A stretch of 63,395 nucleotides of DNA, the filler included, from a bacterium (GTDB taxonomy: Bacteria; JAJRZV01): the NCBI GenBank assembly GCA_024275095.1. It is 5 parts of 5 records of this genome, joined end to end, with 100 filler letters (N's around TTAATTAATTAA, not from the genome) between each part and the next. Parts side by side here need not be neighbours in the genome. Positions count along the whole stretch, not along the records: positions 17,326 to 28,621 come from JAJRZV010000079.1; positions 28,722 to 52,201 come from JAJRZV010000080.1; 3 more parts are not named here. The stretch is one strand, 5' to 3'. This document shows positions 22,357 to 32,175 of this stretch, piece by piece; position 1 is the first letter of the stretch, and every line of letters begins with the position of its first letter. Below the pieces are notes generated by a model. That model was not told where the DNA came from, ran no database searches, and worked only from the letters and a program-made list of their open reading frames with translations. The position numbers were made by a program, and so were the translations under genes.

Positions 22357-24604
22357 ATTTACATTCTGGGTAATTCTCGCAGCCCCAGAAAGTATATCCA
22401 CGGGCACTGCGGCGTTCGACAAGTGCCCCGCCGCATCTGGGACACTTTTGACCTTCCGAATATCCACGTGTATAAGTACATTTTGAATTCGAACAGGAGA
22501 TATACCTCACCCCTTTACGACTCCTTCGAACGTGAAGTACAGCTCCACACTCTGGACATTTTTCACTCAGTGGTTTTTCGATGGTTGCAACGATTTCTCC
22601 TGTCCTTGTCACAACCTTGATATTCGTGCAATCAGGAAATCCCGTGCATGCATAATATTTGCCCTTTCTCGAACTGCGAAGCACCATTGGCTTGCCACAC
22701 AGGTCACATTTGATTTCATTTTCTTCTATAATTCTGATCATTCCCTTTTTATCACGTACGAACTCTTTCTTGGCTCCACAATTCTCATCGGTACACTGAA
22801 GATATTCTCCAAACCTTCCCGACATGATATTCAGTGTGGCTCCACACTTTTCACACTTCAGCTCAGTGGGCACGCCACTGGCTTTCACGTTTTTCATTTT
22901 TGTTTTCGCTTTCTCAAGTTCCTCTTTCAGCATGTTGTAAAAATACATCACCACTTTTTTCCAGGGTTCTTCACCCTTCTCTACAAGGTCGAGGTTTTCT
23001 TCCATCCGGGCGGTGAACCCGACATCAAACACGTTTTTAAAATTTTCTGTAAGCATCCCACTCACAAGAATTCCCAGTTCCGTAGGAACAAGGGTGCGCC
23101 TGTCTCTCATCACGTATCCTCTTTGCTCCAGAGTTTTGATGATTTGAGCATACGTGGAAGGCCTGCCAATACCCTTTTCCTCCAATACCTTTACCAGGGT
23201 GGCATCGGTGTACCGGGGTGGTGGTTGTGTTTCTTTCTCTTCGACGGTAATTTCCTTGAGAGTTACAACCTCATCTTTTTGTAGCTCCGGTAGCGTCCCG
23301 TCTTCATCCCGGGCCAGGCCCTGAGGATATACAGTGCCAAAACCCGGATACGTAAGTGTCTTGGATACCACCCGGAAAATTGCTGAGGCCGCCTCTACGT
23401 GAACTGTAATTTGATGATATTCGGCGGGTTTCATTTGAGATGCAACCAATCGTCTGTATATGAGCTCGTAAAGTTTGTACTCGTCTGGAGAGAGACGTCC
23501 CCGTAGCAAAGAAGGCTCCAGTTTAAGGTCCGTAGGCCTGATGGCTTCATGGGCTTCCTGGGCGAACTTGGAAGACTTAAACACATTTGGTTTCTTGGGA
23601 AGATGCTCACGGCCATATTTATCAGCTATATAATCTCTCACCTGTTTAACAGCATCGGGAGAAATGCGTGTGGAATCAGTGCGCATGTACGTAATAAGTC
23701 CCTTGACCACTTTTTTTCCGTCTATCTCCAGTTCCACACCTTCGTAAAGGCGTTGTGCTATGCGCATGGTCTTTTCAGGTGTAAATCCGAACTGTACCGA
23801 AGCCTCCTGTTGGAGCTTGCTGGTTGTAAAAGGTGCAGGTGGTTTTACAGTAACCTTTTTCTTCTCAACATCCCGGACAACCCCTTTTTTTACTCCCTTA
23901 AGGGCTTTTTCAACTTTATCTTTTTCTTCTTTTTTAAGTCGCACGGCATCTTTACCTTCGAACTTTACAAGTCGAGCCGTGAAAGCAGACCGTTTCTTCA
24001 AAAACTTTCCGGTAATGACAAAATACTTTTCGGGTTTAAACCCTCGTATGGATAGCTCTCTCTCTACCAGCAACCTGAGGGCCACGGTCTGAACACGACC
24101 GGCACTCAATCCCCTTCGCACCTTTTCCCAGAGCAACGGCGAAACAAGATACCCCACAAGGCGGTCAAGGACGCGTCGTGCCTTCTGTGCGTCGTAAAGA
24201 CATGAATTCAGCCTTCGTGGATTTTCTATCCCTGATTTCACACCTCTCTCTGTAATTTCGATAAACTCTGAACGAAGAATATCTTTGCCGAGTGGAGCAA
24301 GTTCCTCGGCTATATGCCACGCTATGGCCTCCCCTTCTCTGTCAGGGTCCGTGGCCAGATATATAATCTCAGCTTTTCTGGCCGTGTCTTTCAACTTTTT
24401 TATTACGTCTGCTTTGCCGCGGATAACGGTATAGTGAGGCTCAAAGGCTTCACTTTCATCCACTTCCTCGGGGAGCTTTACACTGAGTTTGGACTTGGGC
24501 AAATCCTTGATATGTCCCAGAGTTGCCTGGACACGAAAACCACGCCCCAGGAGTCTCTCAATGGTCCGGGCTTTGGCTGGTGATTCGACAACAACAAGTT
24601 TCAC
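22319..24604 (-). CDS. topA: DNA topoisomerase I
   Basis: VESPAKA, ATDPDREGE, SAGRVQ, ITYMRTDS and four C-terminal Zn ribbons. Confidence 0.97.
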   Translation of the reverse strand: MKLVVVESPAKARTIERLLGRGFRVQATLGHIKDLPKSKLSVKLPEEVDESEAFEPHYTVIRGKADVIKKLKDTARKAEIIYLATDPDREGEAIAWHIAEELAPLGKDILRSEFIEITERGVKSGIENPRRLNSCLYDAQKARRVLDRLVGYLVSPLLWEKVRRGLSAGRVQTVALRLLVERELSIRGFKPEKYFVITGKFLKKRSAFTARLVKFEGKDAVRLKKEEKDKVEKALKGVKKGVVRDVEKKKVTVKPPAPFTTSKLQQEASVQFGFTPEKTMRIAQRLYEGVELEIDGKKVVKGLITYMRTDSTRISPDAVKQVRDYIADKYGREHLPKKPNVFKSSKFAQEAHEAIRPTDLKLEPSLLRGRLSPDEYKLYELIYRRLVASQMKPAEYHQITVHVEAASAIFRVVSKTLTYPGFGTVYPQGLARDEDGTLPELQKDEVVTLKEITVEEKETQPPPRYTDATLVKVLEEKGIGRPSTYAQIIKTLEQRGYVMRDRRTLVPTELGILVSGMLTENFKNVFDVGFTARMEENLDLVEKGEEPWKKVVMYFYNMLKEELEKAKTKMKNVKASGVPTELKCEKCGATLNIMSGRFGEYLQCTDENCGAKKEFVRDKKGMIRIIEENEIKCDLCGKPMVLRSSRKGKYYACTGFPDCTNIKVVTRTGEIVATIEKPLSEKCPECGAVLHVRRSRKGVRYISCSNSKCTYTRGYSEGQKCPRCGGALVERRSARGYTFWGCENYPECKYVESKNSRKSSR

Positions 24605-25734
24605 GATCTCCGTCCTCCAGGATAAACGTACGCTCCAGAAGTTACAATCAAACCCCTGAGTTCCATTTCTGTCAAGAGCACCAGCATCTCGTTTACACTT
24701 TTACCAAGCAGTTCAGCAAGTTCATCCACGTGCAACCCGCTATCATTCAGGCTTTCGATAACCCTCATTTCTTCCGGTGTTAAAGCTGTGGCATCATTAC
24801 CTGCTTCAAAAGAATGCAATCCAGGGAAAAGGGCCTCAACAATTCTCTCAGGTGAAAGAGCCGGTGCAGCGCCCTCTTCGAGCAGTTTGTGGCAGCCTTC
24901 ACTCCTGGAGGAAAAAACTGATCCTGTAACGGCAAACACCTCACGTCCGAGGTCAGCAGCATGCCTTGCGGTGATAAGGGCACCGCTACCAAGAGGGGCC
25001 TCAACAACTACAACACCTCGTGCTAACGCCGCTATCACACGGTTACGAAGTGGAAAATGATATGGTCGGGGTGTAGTTCCCGGAGGAAACTCGGATACCA
25101 CACAGCCTTTCCCTTCCACAATCTTTCTGTATATTCTCTCGTTAGACCGTGGGTAAGGCATGTCCGCTCCACTGCCAAGAACAGCGATGGTAAAGCCCCC
25201 CTCGTCCATTGTAGTCTCATGTGCCGCGGCATCAATGCCCAGGGCCATTCCACTGACAAGGGTTATGCCCGTGGCTGCAAAAAACCTGGAAAAATGGCCA
25301 ACCACGCGCAGACCGTAACGTGTGGGTTTGCGTGTACCAACCACGGCGATAGCAGGATTTTTCAGCACGTCCACCTCCCCTCTGGCAAACAACACAATGA
25401 TCGGAGGTTTTACAAAAAGAAAATCATGCGGGCACAATCCATCTCCGGGATAAAGTATCCGAAGCTGTTTTCTTACGGCCTTTTCAAGTATCTCTTCAGC
25501 CCAGGCTCTACACCTTTTTAACATGGTTCTGCTTACGCCCGGTAAGGCGCTTATCCTGTGAAGACACTCGCCAGGACCCTCCTCCCACTTCACATATTCC
25601 CACAGTGATGGAGGGGATACTTCAACCAGTCTTTTCAGCGTAAGAGCGTGTATGCTTTCCACGTAATTCCTCATTTGATATGATGTTTTTAATCTGGATA
25701 TTTTAAAATAGCATCTGGGATACACATAAAACAT
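24601..25734 (-). CDS. dprA: DNA-processing protein DprA
   Basis: AVVGTR, VSGMALGID, FPLRNR, SGALITA and a C-terminal wHTH; true start probably about 25674. Confidence 0.93.
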   Translation of the reverse strand: MFYVYPRCYFKISRLKTSYQMRNYVESIHALTLKRLVEVSPPSLWEYVKWEEGPGECLHRISALPGVSRTMLKRCRAWAEEILEKAVRKQLRILYPGDGLCPHDFLFVKPPIIVLFARGEVDVLKNPAIAVVGTRKPTRYGLRVVGHFSRFFAATGITLVSGMALGIDAAAHETTMDEGGFTIAVLGSGADMPYPRSNERIYRKIVEGKGCVVSEFPPGTTPRPYHFPLRNRVIAALARGVVVVEAPLGSGALITARHAADLGREVFAVTGSVFSSRSEGCHKLLEEGAAPALSPERIVEALFPGLHSFEAGNDATALTPEEMRVIESLNDSGLHVDELAELLGKSVNEMLVLLTEMELRGLIVTSGAYVYPGGRRS

Positions 25735-26254
25735 GGAAACGAAACGTTCTGCAACACTTTTTCACGCGCGCAGCCTTTTAATGGAGCTTCAAAAAAAACT
25801 CCATTTCATTCGATCCCAGGAGCATGATATTCAGGCCAAAGCAGTAAAAATTTATAACGACATGAAAGACGACGTGAAACTTTTGATAAAAAAATTCTTC
25901 GAAGAACGCACTGCGAAAACCGAGCCGGAGCTTCGAGACATTGTCAGGGATATACGTAGCCACTGGTCTGAACTGGAAAAAATGATTTACGGGCCGGTTG
26001 TGATTGTAACCCACAGCGTCTCGTTTCTCAAGGCTCAAATCCGCCTGTGGGAACAAATGCGGCGGATAGAAATCGCTGAAAACACAGAAGAAGCTCTCAG
26101 GATCGCCGCATTACAAAAACCTCCCGTGGGAACTCCCGTAAGCAACTTTATCGTGGATGCTCAATCCTTTACAAGTGAAGAGATAGAAACCTTTGCATAA
26201 CAGGTGGCGCGCAAGTTCAGCGATGCCGTACACGTTCTCGTGGTGGGGAAATAA
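25733..26254 (+). CDS. hypothetical protein; ORF stops at TAA 26198-26200 but the frame continues to 26254
   Basis: 155-aa ORF from the track plus an in-frame tail QVARKFSDAVHVLVVGK* ending 1 bp before yggS. Confidence 0.55.
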
Positions 26255-26255
26255 A

Positions 26256-26960
26256 GTGGTCGAGGCAAAGAGGATTCGCGAAAACTATCTCCGGGTAATG
26301 GAAAACGTGGAAAAGGCGGCAGCCCGTGCAGGACGTTCACTTTCGGAAGTTACGGTTATTGCCGTAACCAAAACTTTTGCCCTGGAAATTGTGAAAGCTG
26401 CAAAAGAAGCGGGTATTACTCATTTTGGCGAAAATTATGTCCAGGAGGCACTGGAAAAAATTAAGGTCGCAGAAAACGCCACGTGGCACTTTATAGGCCG
26501 TCTCCAACGCAACAAGGCCAAATATCTACCCGGCAACTTTCAGTGGGTTCACTCCATTGATAAAGCAGAAGTAGCCAGCACACTCGAAAGGCGTGCTGCG
26601 GGTGCTGAAAAAACTTTACATGTGCTCATTCAGGTAAACATCGCAGAAGAACCTACAAAGGGTGGGGTTGCACCTGAGAAAGTTCAGGACCTTCTTGACG
26701 AGCTCCTCCAGTTCCAATTTGTAAAACCCCGTGGACTCATGATTATTCCCCCACTTCCTGAAAAACCGGAAGACTCCAGAAAGTGGTTTGTTAAACTCCG
26801 TGAACTTCGAGACCAGCTTAAAGCTAAAGGCTATCCTTCCGAGGCGCTTCAGCATTTGTCCATGGGGATGACAGATGATTACACAGTGGCGGTAGAGGAA
26901 GGGAGCACAATGGTCCGTATCGGCAGGGCCATATTCGGTGAAAGGAGGTTAAACAGATGA
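26256..26960 (+). CDS. yggS: PLP homeostasis protein YggS
   Basis: AVTK, FGENYVQE, WHFIGRLQRNK, LSMGMT.D and RIGRAIFG; GTG start at 26256. Confidence 0.95.
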   Translation: MVEAKRIRENYLRVMENVEKAAARAGRSLSEVTVIAVTKTFALEIVKAAKEAGITHFGENYVQEALEKIKVAENATWHFIGRLQRNKAKYLPGNFQWVHSIDKAEVASTLERRAAGAEKTLHVLIQVNIAEEPTKGGVAPEKVQDLLDELLQFQFVKPRGLMIIPPLPEKPEDSRKWFVKLRELRDQLKAKGYPSEALQHLSMGMTDDYTVAVEEGSTMVRIGRAIFGERRLNR

Positions 26961-27739
26961 AAATTGCAACAATTGGTATTATCGGGGCAGGCCGCATGGG
27001 AGGGGCCATAGCAAGAGGGCTTTCATCTTTTACAGAGTTCAGTGCTGTGGTTTACGATGTTTCATCTGAAGCACTGCAAAAACTCAGTGGGCAACCTCGT
27101 GTACAAATAGCAGAAAATCCCCAGGAGTGTGCCTCCTCAGATGTATCGATTATCGCTGTAAAGCCAGGGATGGTCGCCAAGGTGCTTTCAACTTTGCAAT
27201 TCAATGAGAACAGCGTGGTGATCTCAGTGGCCGCGGGCATTCCTGTTCAAAAAATTCGTGAACAATCTCACCCTGCTTCTGTATGTCGAGTCATGCCTAA
27301 CCTTGCAGTAGAAATTGCCAAAGGAGTAACAGGATGTTTTGGTGACACAAATGCTGTAGAAGCTGCGAGAGAAATTTTTTCCTCCCTGGGTTACTTCTTC
27401 ACCGTATCTGATGAAAAAGCGCTCAATGCGCTTACAGGACTCAGTGGTAGTGGTCCTGCATTTGCAGCAACTTTTGTAGAGGCATTTGCTGATGCAGGTG
27501 TACTTATCGGATTTCCACGTGACATTGCCTTGAATATCGCCATGAAAGTTGTCAGCGGAACAATATCAACACTCGAGGAGAAAGAAATACACCCGGCTCT
27601 TTTCCGCGAAATGGTCTCCTCGCCCGGAGGCACAACCATCGAGGGGTTAAGTGTTCTCGAAGATTACCGCTTCCGCAAGGCGATAATGGAAGCAATCAGG
27701 GCTGCGGCCAGACGCGCAGAAGAACTCGCAGGAGGTTGA
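26957..27739 (+). CDS. proC: pyrroline-5-carboxylate reductase
   Basis: GAGRMG, AVKP, RVMPN, SGSGPA and SPGGTT. Confidence 0.94.
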   Translation: MKIATIGIIGAGRMGGAIARGLSSFTEFSAVVYDVSSEALQKLSGQPRVQIAENPQECASSDVSIIAVKPGMVAKVLSTLQFNENSVVISVAAGIPVQKIREQSHPASVCRVMPNLAVEIAKGVTGCFGDTNAVEAAREIFSSLGYFFTVSDEKALNALTGLSGSGPAFAATFVEAFADAGVLIGFPRDIALNIAMKVVSGTISTLEEKEIHPALFREMVSSPGGTTIEGLSVLEDYRFRKAIMEAIRAAARRAEELAGG

Positions 27740-27742
27740 GAC

Positions 27743-28042
27743 ATGTTCATACTCGCCAATCTTATAAGTGCTGTAGCCACTGTAATTGATTTGCTCATTT
27801 CCGCATACATGTTTATCCTTATCGCAAGGGTTTTCATTTCCTGGGTAAATGCCGATCCCTATAATCCCATTGTAAGGTTCCTGTATCAGATAACCGAGCC
27901 TGTGCTGTGGCGCATCAGAAAATATGTTCCGTGTGTATGGGGTGGAATAGACTTCTCCCCGCTTATTGCCATGCTCGTACTTATCTTCCTGCGTCAGTTT
28001 GTGGTGGTCACGATGCATCAGATAGCAGCACGAATGTTATAA
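27743..28042 (+). CDS. yggT: YggT family membrane protein
   Basis: SWVNADPYNPIVRFLYQITEP...IDFSP. Confidence 0.92.
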   Translation: MFILANLISAVATVIDLLISAYMFILIARVFISWVNADPYNPIVRFLYQITEPVLWRIRKYVPCVWGGIDFSPLIAMLVLIFLRQFVVVTMHQIAARML

Positions 28043-28050
28043 CACCGTTC

Positions 28051-28621
28051 ATGAAACTCCTCTCTCACATTGTCGAACCTTTCATGCTGGCTGTTTTTCT
28101 TAACATTCCTCTCACCGTCAACTTTCCACTGGCACGTATAAAAAACATTGTCATTACGTATCTTGACCTACGGGCCGAATGCGAACTGGAGTACATAATG
28201 TACAACGGTCCCTACAGGTGCGAAGATGAAAATCATTTAAAAAAACTGCTCGACGACATTGTCATTCGTAAAATCACGACCCTTGTCACCAATGAGCTCA
28301 ACCTTCAACTTGTTAATTTCTCACGGGTTGCAGAAATGTTCCATCAACTTCAGATTCACTCATCTGAGGAAATCACCCGCTTTCAAAAAACATTCGACCT
28401 CTCGGACGAAGAAGTGAAGTACCTTTTATGGGAACGATTAAACACTGTACGGTATCTCAGGCTCCGTTTCGGTAAGGACTTTTCAACTTCATCTCCTCCA
28501 TTTCAGGCCTGGCTTCAGGCAAAAAAACGGGAGTACCAGGTAAATATTTTGTGGGACTACGTAATAAAAAAGGTTCAGCAAATGCTCCGCACGTATCCGC
28601 AATCAACCACAGGAATCCCCC
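28051..28621 (+). CDS. hypothetical exported protein, weakly SurA N-terminal-like (3' truncated)
   Basis: Hydrophobic N-terminus followed by ARIKNIVITYLDL...LLDDIVIRKI. Confidence 0.4.
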
Positions 28622-28721
28622 NNNNNNNNNNNNNNNNNNNNNNNNNNNNNNNNNNNNNNNNNNNNTTAATTAATTAANNNNNNNNNNNNNNNNNNNNNNN
28701 NNNNNNNNNNNNNNNNNNNNN
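28622..28721. other. artificial contig linker
   Basis: N44-TTAATTAATTAA-N44. Confidence 0.98.
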
Positions 28722-29285
28722 ATCGATCTTTCGTGGTCCATGTCGTGGGGAGGAAAATTTGTGGCAGCGAAGAAGTTAGCCCTTGCACTTCAACATCTCA
28801 TCGCAGCTAAGTTCCCTCATGATGTCCTTCACATCATTGGTTTTTACACGGTTGCAAGGCTTATCAAACCCCACGAACTTCCTTACGTGGACCTCAATGT
28901 AAGCGATCCCTTCACCAACATCCAGGATGCACTTCGTCTTGCAACAAAGATTCTTCAGCGGGAGAACCGGTCCGAGCGTCAGATTATTCTGGTAACAGAC
29001 GGGCAACCCACCGCTTTTTATCAGGGTGACGTGCTTCAGGTAGAATGGCCTGTGTTTGGTGTCAGTCCTCTGGCTTTCAGAGCAACACTGGAGGAAGTGA
29101 AAAGGGTGACTGCACAGGGTATTACCATAAACACTTTTATGCTGGATTCTTCCCGGGCCCTGGTTTCGTTTGTGGAGGAAATCACGCGCATTAACGGCGG
29201 GAGAGCGTTTTTTACAACCCCCATGCGACTGGGAGAATACGTTGTAAAGGATTATGTTGAAAAAAGGGGAAGGTATATTCACTGA
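28722..29285 (+). CDS. VWA domain protein, 5' truncated
   Basis: MIDAS motif DLSWS at the contig start, FTN and VTDG. Confidence 0.85.
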   Translation: MDLSWSMSWGGKFVAAKKLALALQHLIAAKFPHDVLHIIGFYTVARLIKPHELPYVDLNVSDPFTNIQDALRLATKILQRENRSERQIILVTDGQPTAFYQGDVLQVEWPVFGVSPLAFRATLEEVKRVTAQGITINTFMLDSSRALVSFVEEITRINGGRAFFTTPMRLGEYVVKDYVEKRGRYIH

Positions 29286-29303
29286 ACACAGCAGAGCTGT
29301 TTG

Positions 29304-29585
29304 CTAATAATAACGGATACTAAATTCCCGGAATTCTCCCGTGGCCTCGCTCCAGTTTTCTGCGACAGCTTCCACGCGGGCAGCCGGTGGGCCCTGGTTG
29401 CACCAGTGAATAAACTCTCTGAGTTTTTCCTCTTCACCCTCTGCCACAGCCTCGACTCGCCCGTCCGGCATGTTTCTCACCCACCCTGTGAGCCCCAGGC
29501 GGCGTGCCACTTCCCGCGCGGTAGCCCTGTAGTACACACCCTGCACGCGACCGCTGATCAAAAGGTGTACGCGTTTGACAGCCAT
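29304..29585 (-). CDS. acyP: acylphosphatase
   Basis: GRVQGVYYR and GWVRN..DGRVE. Confidence 0.95.
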   Translation of the reverse strand: MAVKRVHLLISGRVQGVYYRATAREVARRLGLTGWVRNMPDGRVEAVAEGEEEKLREFIHWCNQGPPAARVEAVAENWSEATGEFREFSIRYY

Positions 29586-29588
29586 CTT

Positions 29589-30119
29589 TTACCTGCGGGG
29601 CTTGAGCACTTCGTTGATGTGTTTCAATGCAAAAAGGTGCCCTTGTTCTGAAAGTCCGGCTGCGCAATCTTCAGGCACGTACACGCTGTAGCCACGCATG
29701 AGCGCGTCAACAGAGGTGAAGAGCACGCAGATTTCTGTACACACGCCTGTGATCACCAGCTCTTTCACCTTCAAATTTTTCAACACTTCTTCCAGTCGCG
29801 TTTTGTAAAACCCGGAATATGATACCTTCCGGATGATTTTGTCTCCTCTTGCGGGTTTGAGTTCTTCCACCACCTCGGCCCCCTTTGTGCCCTTCACACA
29901 GTGGCGCGGCCATACCTTGAATTCAGGGTCGTTTTCACGATGGCTGTCACAGATGTAAACAACGGGGTAACCCTCCGTCCTCGCCTCGTCAAGTTCCCGT
30001 TTTATATTGGGAATGATTTCACGGGCCCCGGGACATTCCAGAGGGGCTCCCGGAAGCACAAAGTCGTTGAGCATGTCTATAATCAGCAGAGCCTTTTGGG
30101 GTCTGCTTTTTCTTGCCAC
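29589..30119 (-). CDS. pncA: nicotinamidase/isochorismatase-family cysteine hydrolase
   Basis: IDMLNDF, DSH, WPRHC and GVCTEICV; GTG start at 30119 after GGAGG. Confidence 0.75.
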   Translation of the reverse strand: MARKSRPQKALLIIDMLNDFVLPGAPLECPGAREIIPNIKRELDEARTEGYPVVYICDSHRENDPEFKVWPRHCVKGTKGAEVVEELKPARGDKIIRKVSYSGFYKTRLEEVLKNLKVKELVITGVCTEICVLFTSVDALMRGYSVYVPEDCAAGLSEQGHLFALKHINEVLKPRR

Positions 30120-30192
30120 CTTCACCACCTCCCGGTTAATTAATTTAATAATAACACACTGCGTTAAAAACCTGTACGAGGAGGAATGCACT

Positions 30193-32160
30193 GTGCGTGT
30201 TATTAATGCAGCAGTTCTGTTTGTGGTTGCGGGAATGGTTTTTGTGGAAGGAGTTAAAGCACGGGGGGACGGCATCTCTTTAAAGAAAGGAGCAAGAGGA
30301 TACAGGCCCGTGGAAATGGGACTGAAGGGTATGGTGGATACAGCATCAGCTTCCCGGTTTTGGGAAGGTGGAGAAGAAGATGTTTCTTCGTTCTTGGAGC
30401 AACGATTTAATGGATATTACAGTGTTCGCAGGGGCCCGCTGAATAATGACGCAAATGTGAGAGGTATGGGAGGGGATGCGCTGCTGGTGGAGTCTTCTGG
30501 AGTCAGGTTGTACAACTCCTGCCCCAATCGCATGGACAGTCCTTTTTCAAAATTGTTTCTTTTACCGGGCGAAACAGGGGTGCTTGTTAAAGGGCCCTTT
30601 GACATGACGCGTTACGGAGGGGCCGCCGGCTCGGTGGTGTTTGGAAAAGTTTTTGTGACGAAGGGACTGGGGGCGGTCTCGCGTATCATGGTAAACACCC
30701 ATACATCCTTTGCACCTTCTGCATATCTCGGCTGGACAGACGAAAGGAAGGGTGTGAGAGGTGGCTATGGTTTTGCCAGAGGTTATCCCTACCGGGATGG
30801 GTCCGGCCGAAGGATCACGGAGTACGCTGCGTACAAGTCCCCGATCCCGGCATTCAATAAAAGCCAGTATACACTTTCCGTTTTTTTGAAGCTGTCGAAG
30901 AATCATTTTGTGGAAGCGGGTTATATGGGCGATCAAGAAAAAGATGTTTTGTATCCTGCGCTGATGATGGATGCACGCAGGACCGTCTCGCAGGGATTAT
31001 ATGCTGCCTACAGGGGAACCATCGGGGCTTTTCAATTGAAGGTACTTTATTCATATCATGACAATCTTCATGAGATGGATGACAGGTTCAGGCTTTCTTC
31101 AGAAGATGCACCGCTGCCCTATTCCATGCGGGTGCGGGCGGGAACATGGACATCCCGTGGTGTGGTGGATGTTGCCTGGAAAAACGACCTTCAAGCCGGT
31201 TTGGAAGTTTTACACCGCACCTGGACGGCCTTTCGCTACACGGCCATGATGAACTACCGTCCAGCAGCCATGATCCCTCACGCGCAGCATTTCGTCACGG
31301 GATTTTACAGCACGTACGCCTCTCGCCTTGCCAGGGACGTTGCGATACAGGCAGGAGGGAGGGCTGATTATTCTGTTCAAGAGTCTGATGCAAGCGAAGC
31401 ACGTGGCCGATTGCTTTTCAGTGCCATGGCGGCGCTTCAGTGGAAGCCGCTGCGAGCCGCTGTTTTTTATCTCAAAGTGGGCCGCAAGGCTGCAGATGCC
31501 GACTTGTCCCAGCGATACATATCCGCTGCGACGATGAAATACACCTGGAAAGGCAATCCGGAGCTGAAACCATATTCGCTGAACGAAGTGGATGTGGGCG
31601 CGGTTGTGGACCGGGATAAAGTGTCGGTAATGCTCTCGGTTTTTCTGGATTATGCCGACAATCTCATAATAGTGCGGGCCCTGCCGGATTCCGTTTTTTC
31701 TTATGCCAACCAGGATGCTCTCATAACCGGCTTTGAACTCAGAGTGGAGGGTGGCTTACCCTCCCTCAGGGGCGGTGTCTCTATGGGATATGCAAGGGGT
31801 CGCAAAGTCAATTTTGCAGAGGGAGAAGATCCCGATCTTTATTTGATGCCGCCTTTCACTTACCGCACTTTCTTGAGATTTCAACAGGGTGGTTGCAGTT
31901 TTATGCTGGAGTGGGAAGGCGCGTTGAAGCAGGACCTTGTAGACGAAGGTTTGGGAGAGGAGAAAACACCTGCGTGGAATATCGTAAACCTGCGGGGCGT
32001 GTACGCTCTCGGTCCGTTTAAGATAGAGGCAGGGCTGGAAAATGTGATGGACAGGTTTTTTGTCAAACATTTTTCATACATACGCAATCCTTTTTGCACC
32101 GGTGTGAAGGTTCCCGAGCCCGGGCGCACGGCGTATATCAACCTGGTTTTTGAGATGTAG
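30193..32160 (+). CDS. TonB-dependent outer-membrane receptor, OprC/NosA-like copper receptor type
   Basis: Signal peptide, plug CPNRMD motif, KGP, GNPELKP and C-terminal PEPGRT; GTG start at 30193 after GAGGAGG. Confidence 0.8.
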   Translation: MRVINAAVLFVVAGMVFVEGVKARGDGISLKKGARGYRPVEMGLKGMVDTASASRFWEGGEEDVSSFLEQRFNGYYSVRRGPLNNDANVRGMGGDALLVESSGVRLYNSCPNRMDSPFSKLFLLPGETGVLVKGPFDMTRYGGAAGSVVFGKVFVTKGLGAVSRIMVNTHTSFAPSAYLGWTDERKGVRGGYGFARGYPYRDGSGRRITEYAAYKSPIPAFNKSQYTLSVFLKLSKNHFVEAGYMGDQEKDVLYPALMMDARRTVSQGLYAAYRGTIGAFQLKVLYSYHDNLHEMDDRFRLSSEDAPLPYSMRVRAGTWTSRGVVDVAWKNDLQAGLEVLHRTWTAFRYTAMMNYRPAAMIPHAQHFVTGFYSTYASRLARDVAIQAGGRADYSVQESDASEARGRLLFSAMAALQWKPLRAAVFYLKVGRKAADADLSQRYISAATMKYTWKGNPELKPYSLNEVDVGAVVDRDKVSVMLSVFLDYADNLIIVRALPDSVFSYANQDALITGFELRVEGGLPSLRGGVSMGYARGRKVNFAEGEDPDLYLMPPFTYRTFLRFQQGGCSFMLEWEGALKQDLVDEGLGEEKTPAWNIVNLRGVYALGPFKIEAGLENVMDRFFVKHFSYIRNPFCTGVKVPEPGRTAYINLVFEM

Positions 32161-32175
32161 TGAGATATTTCGGAT

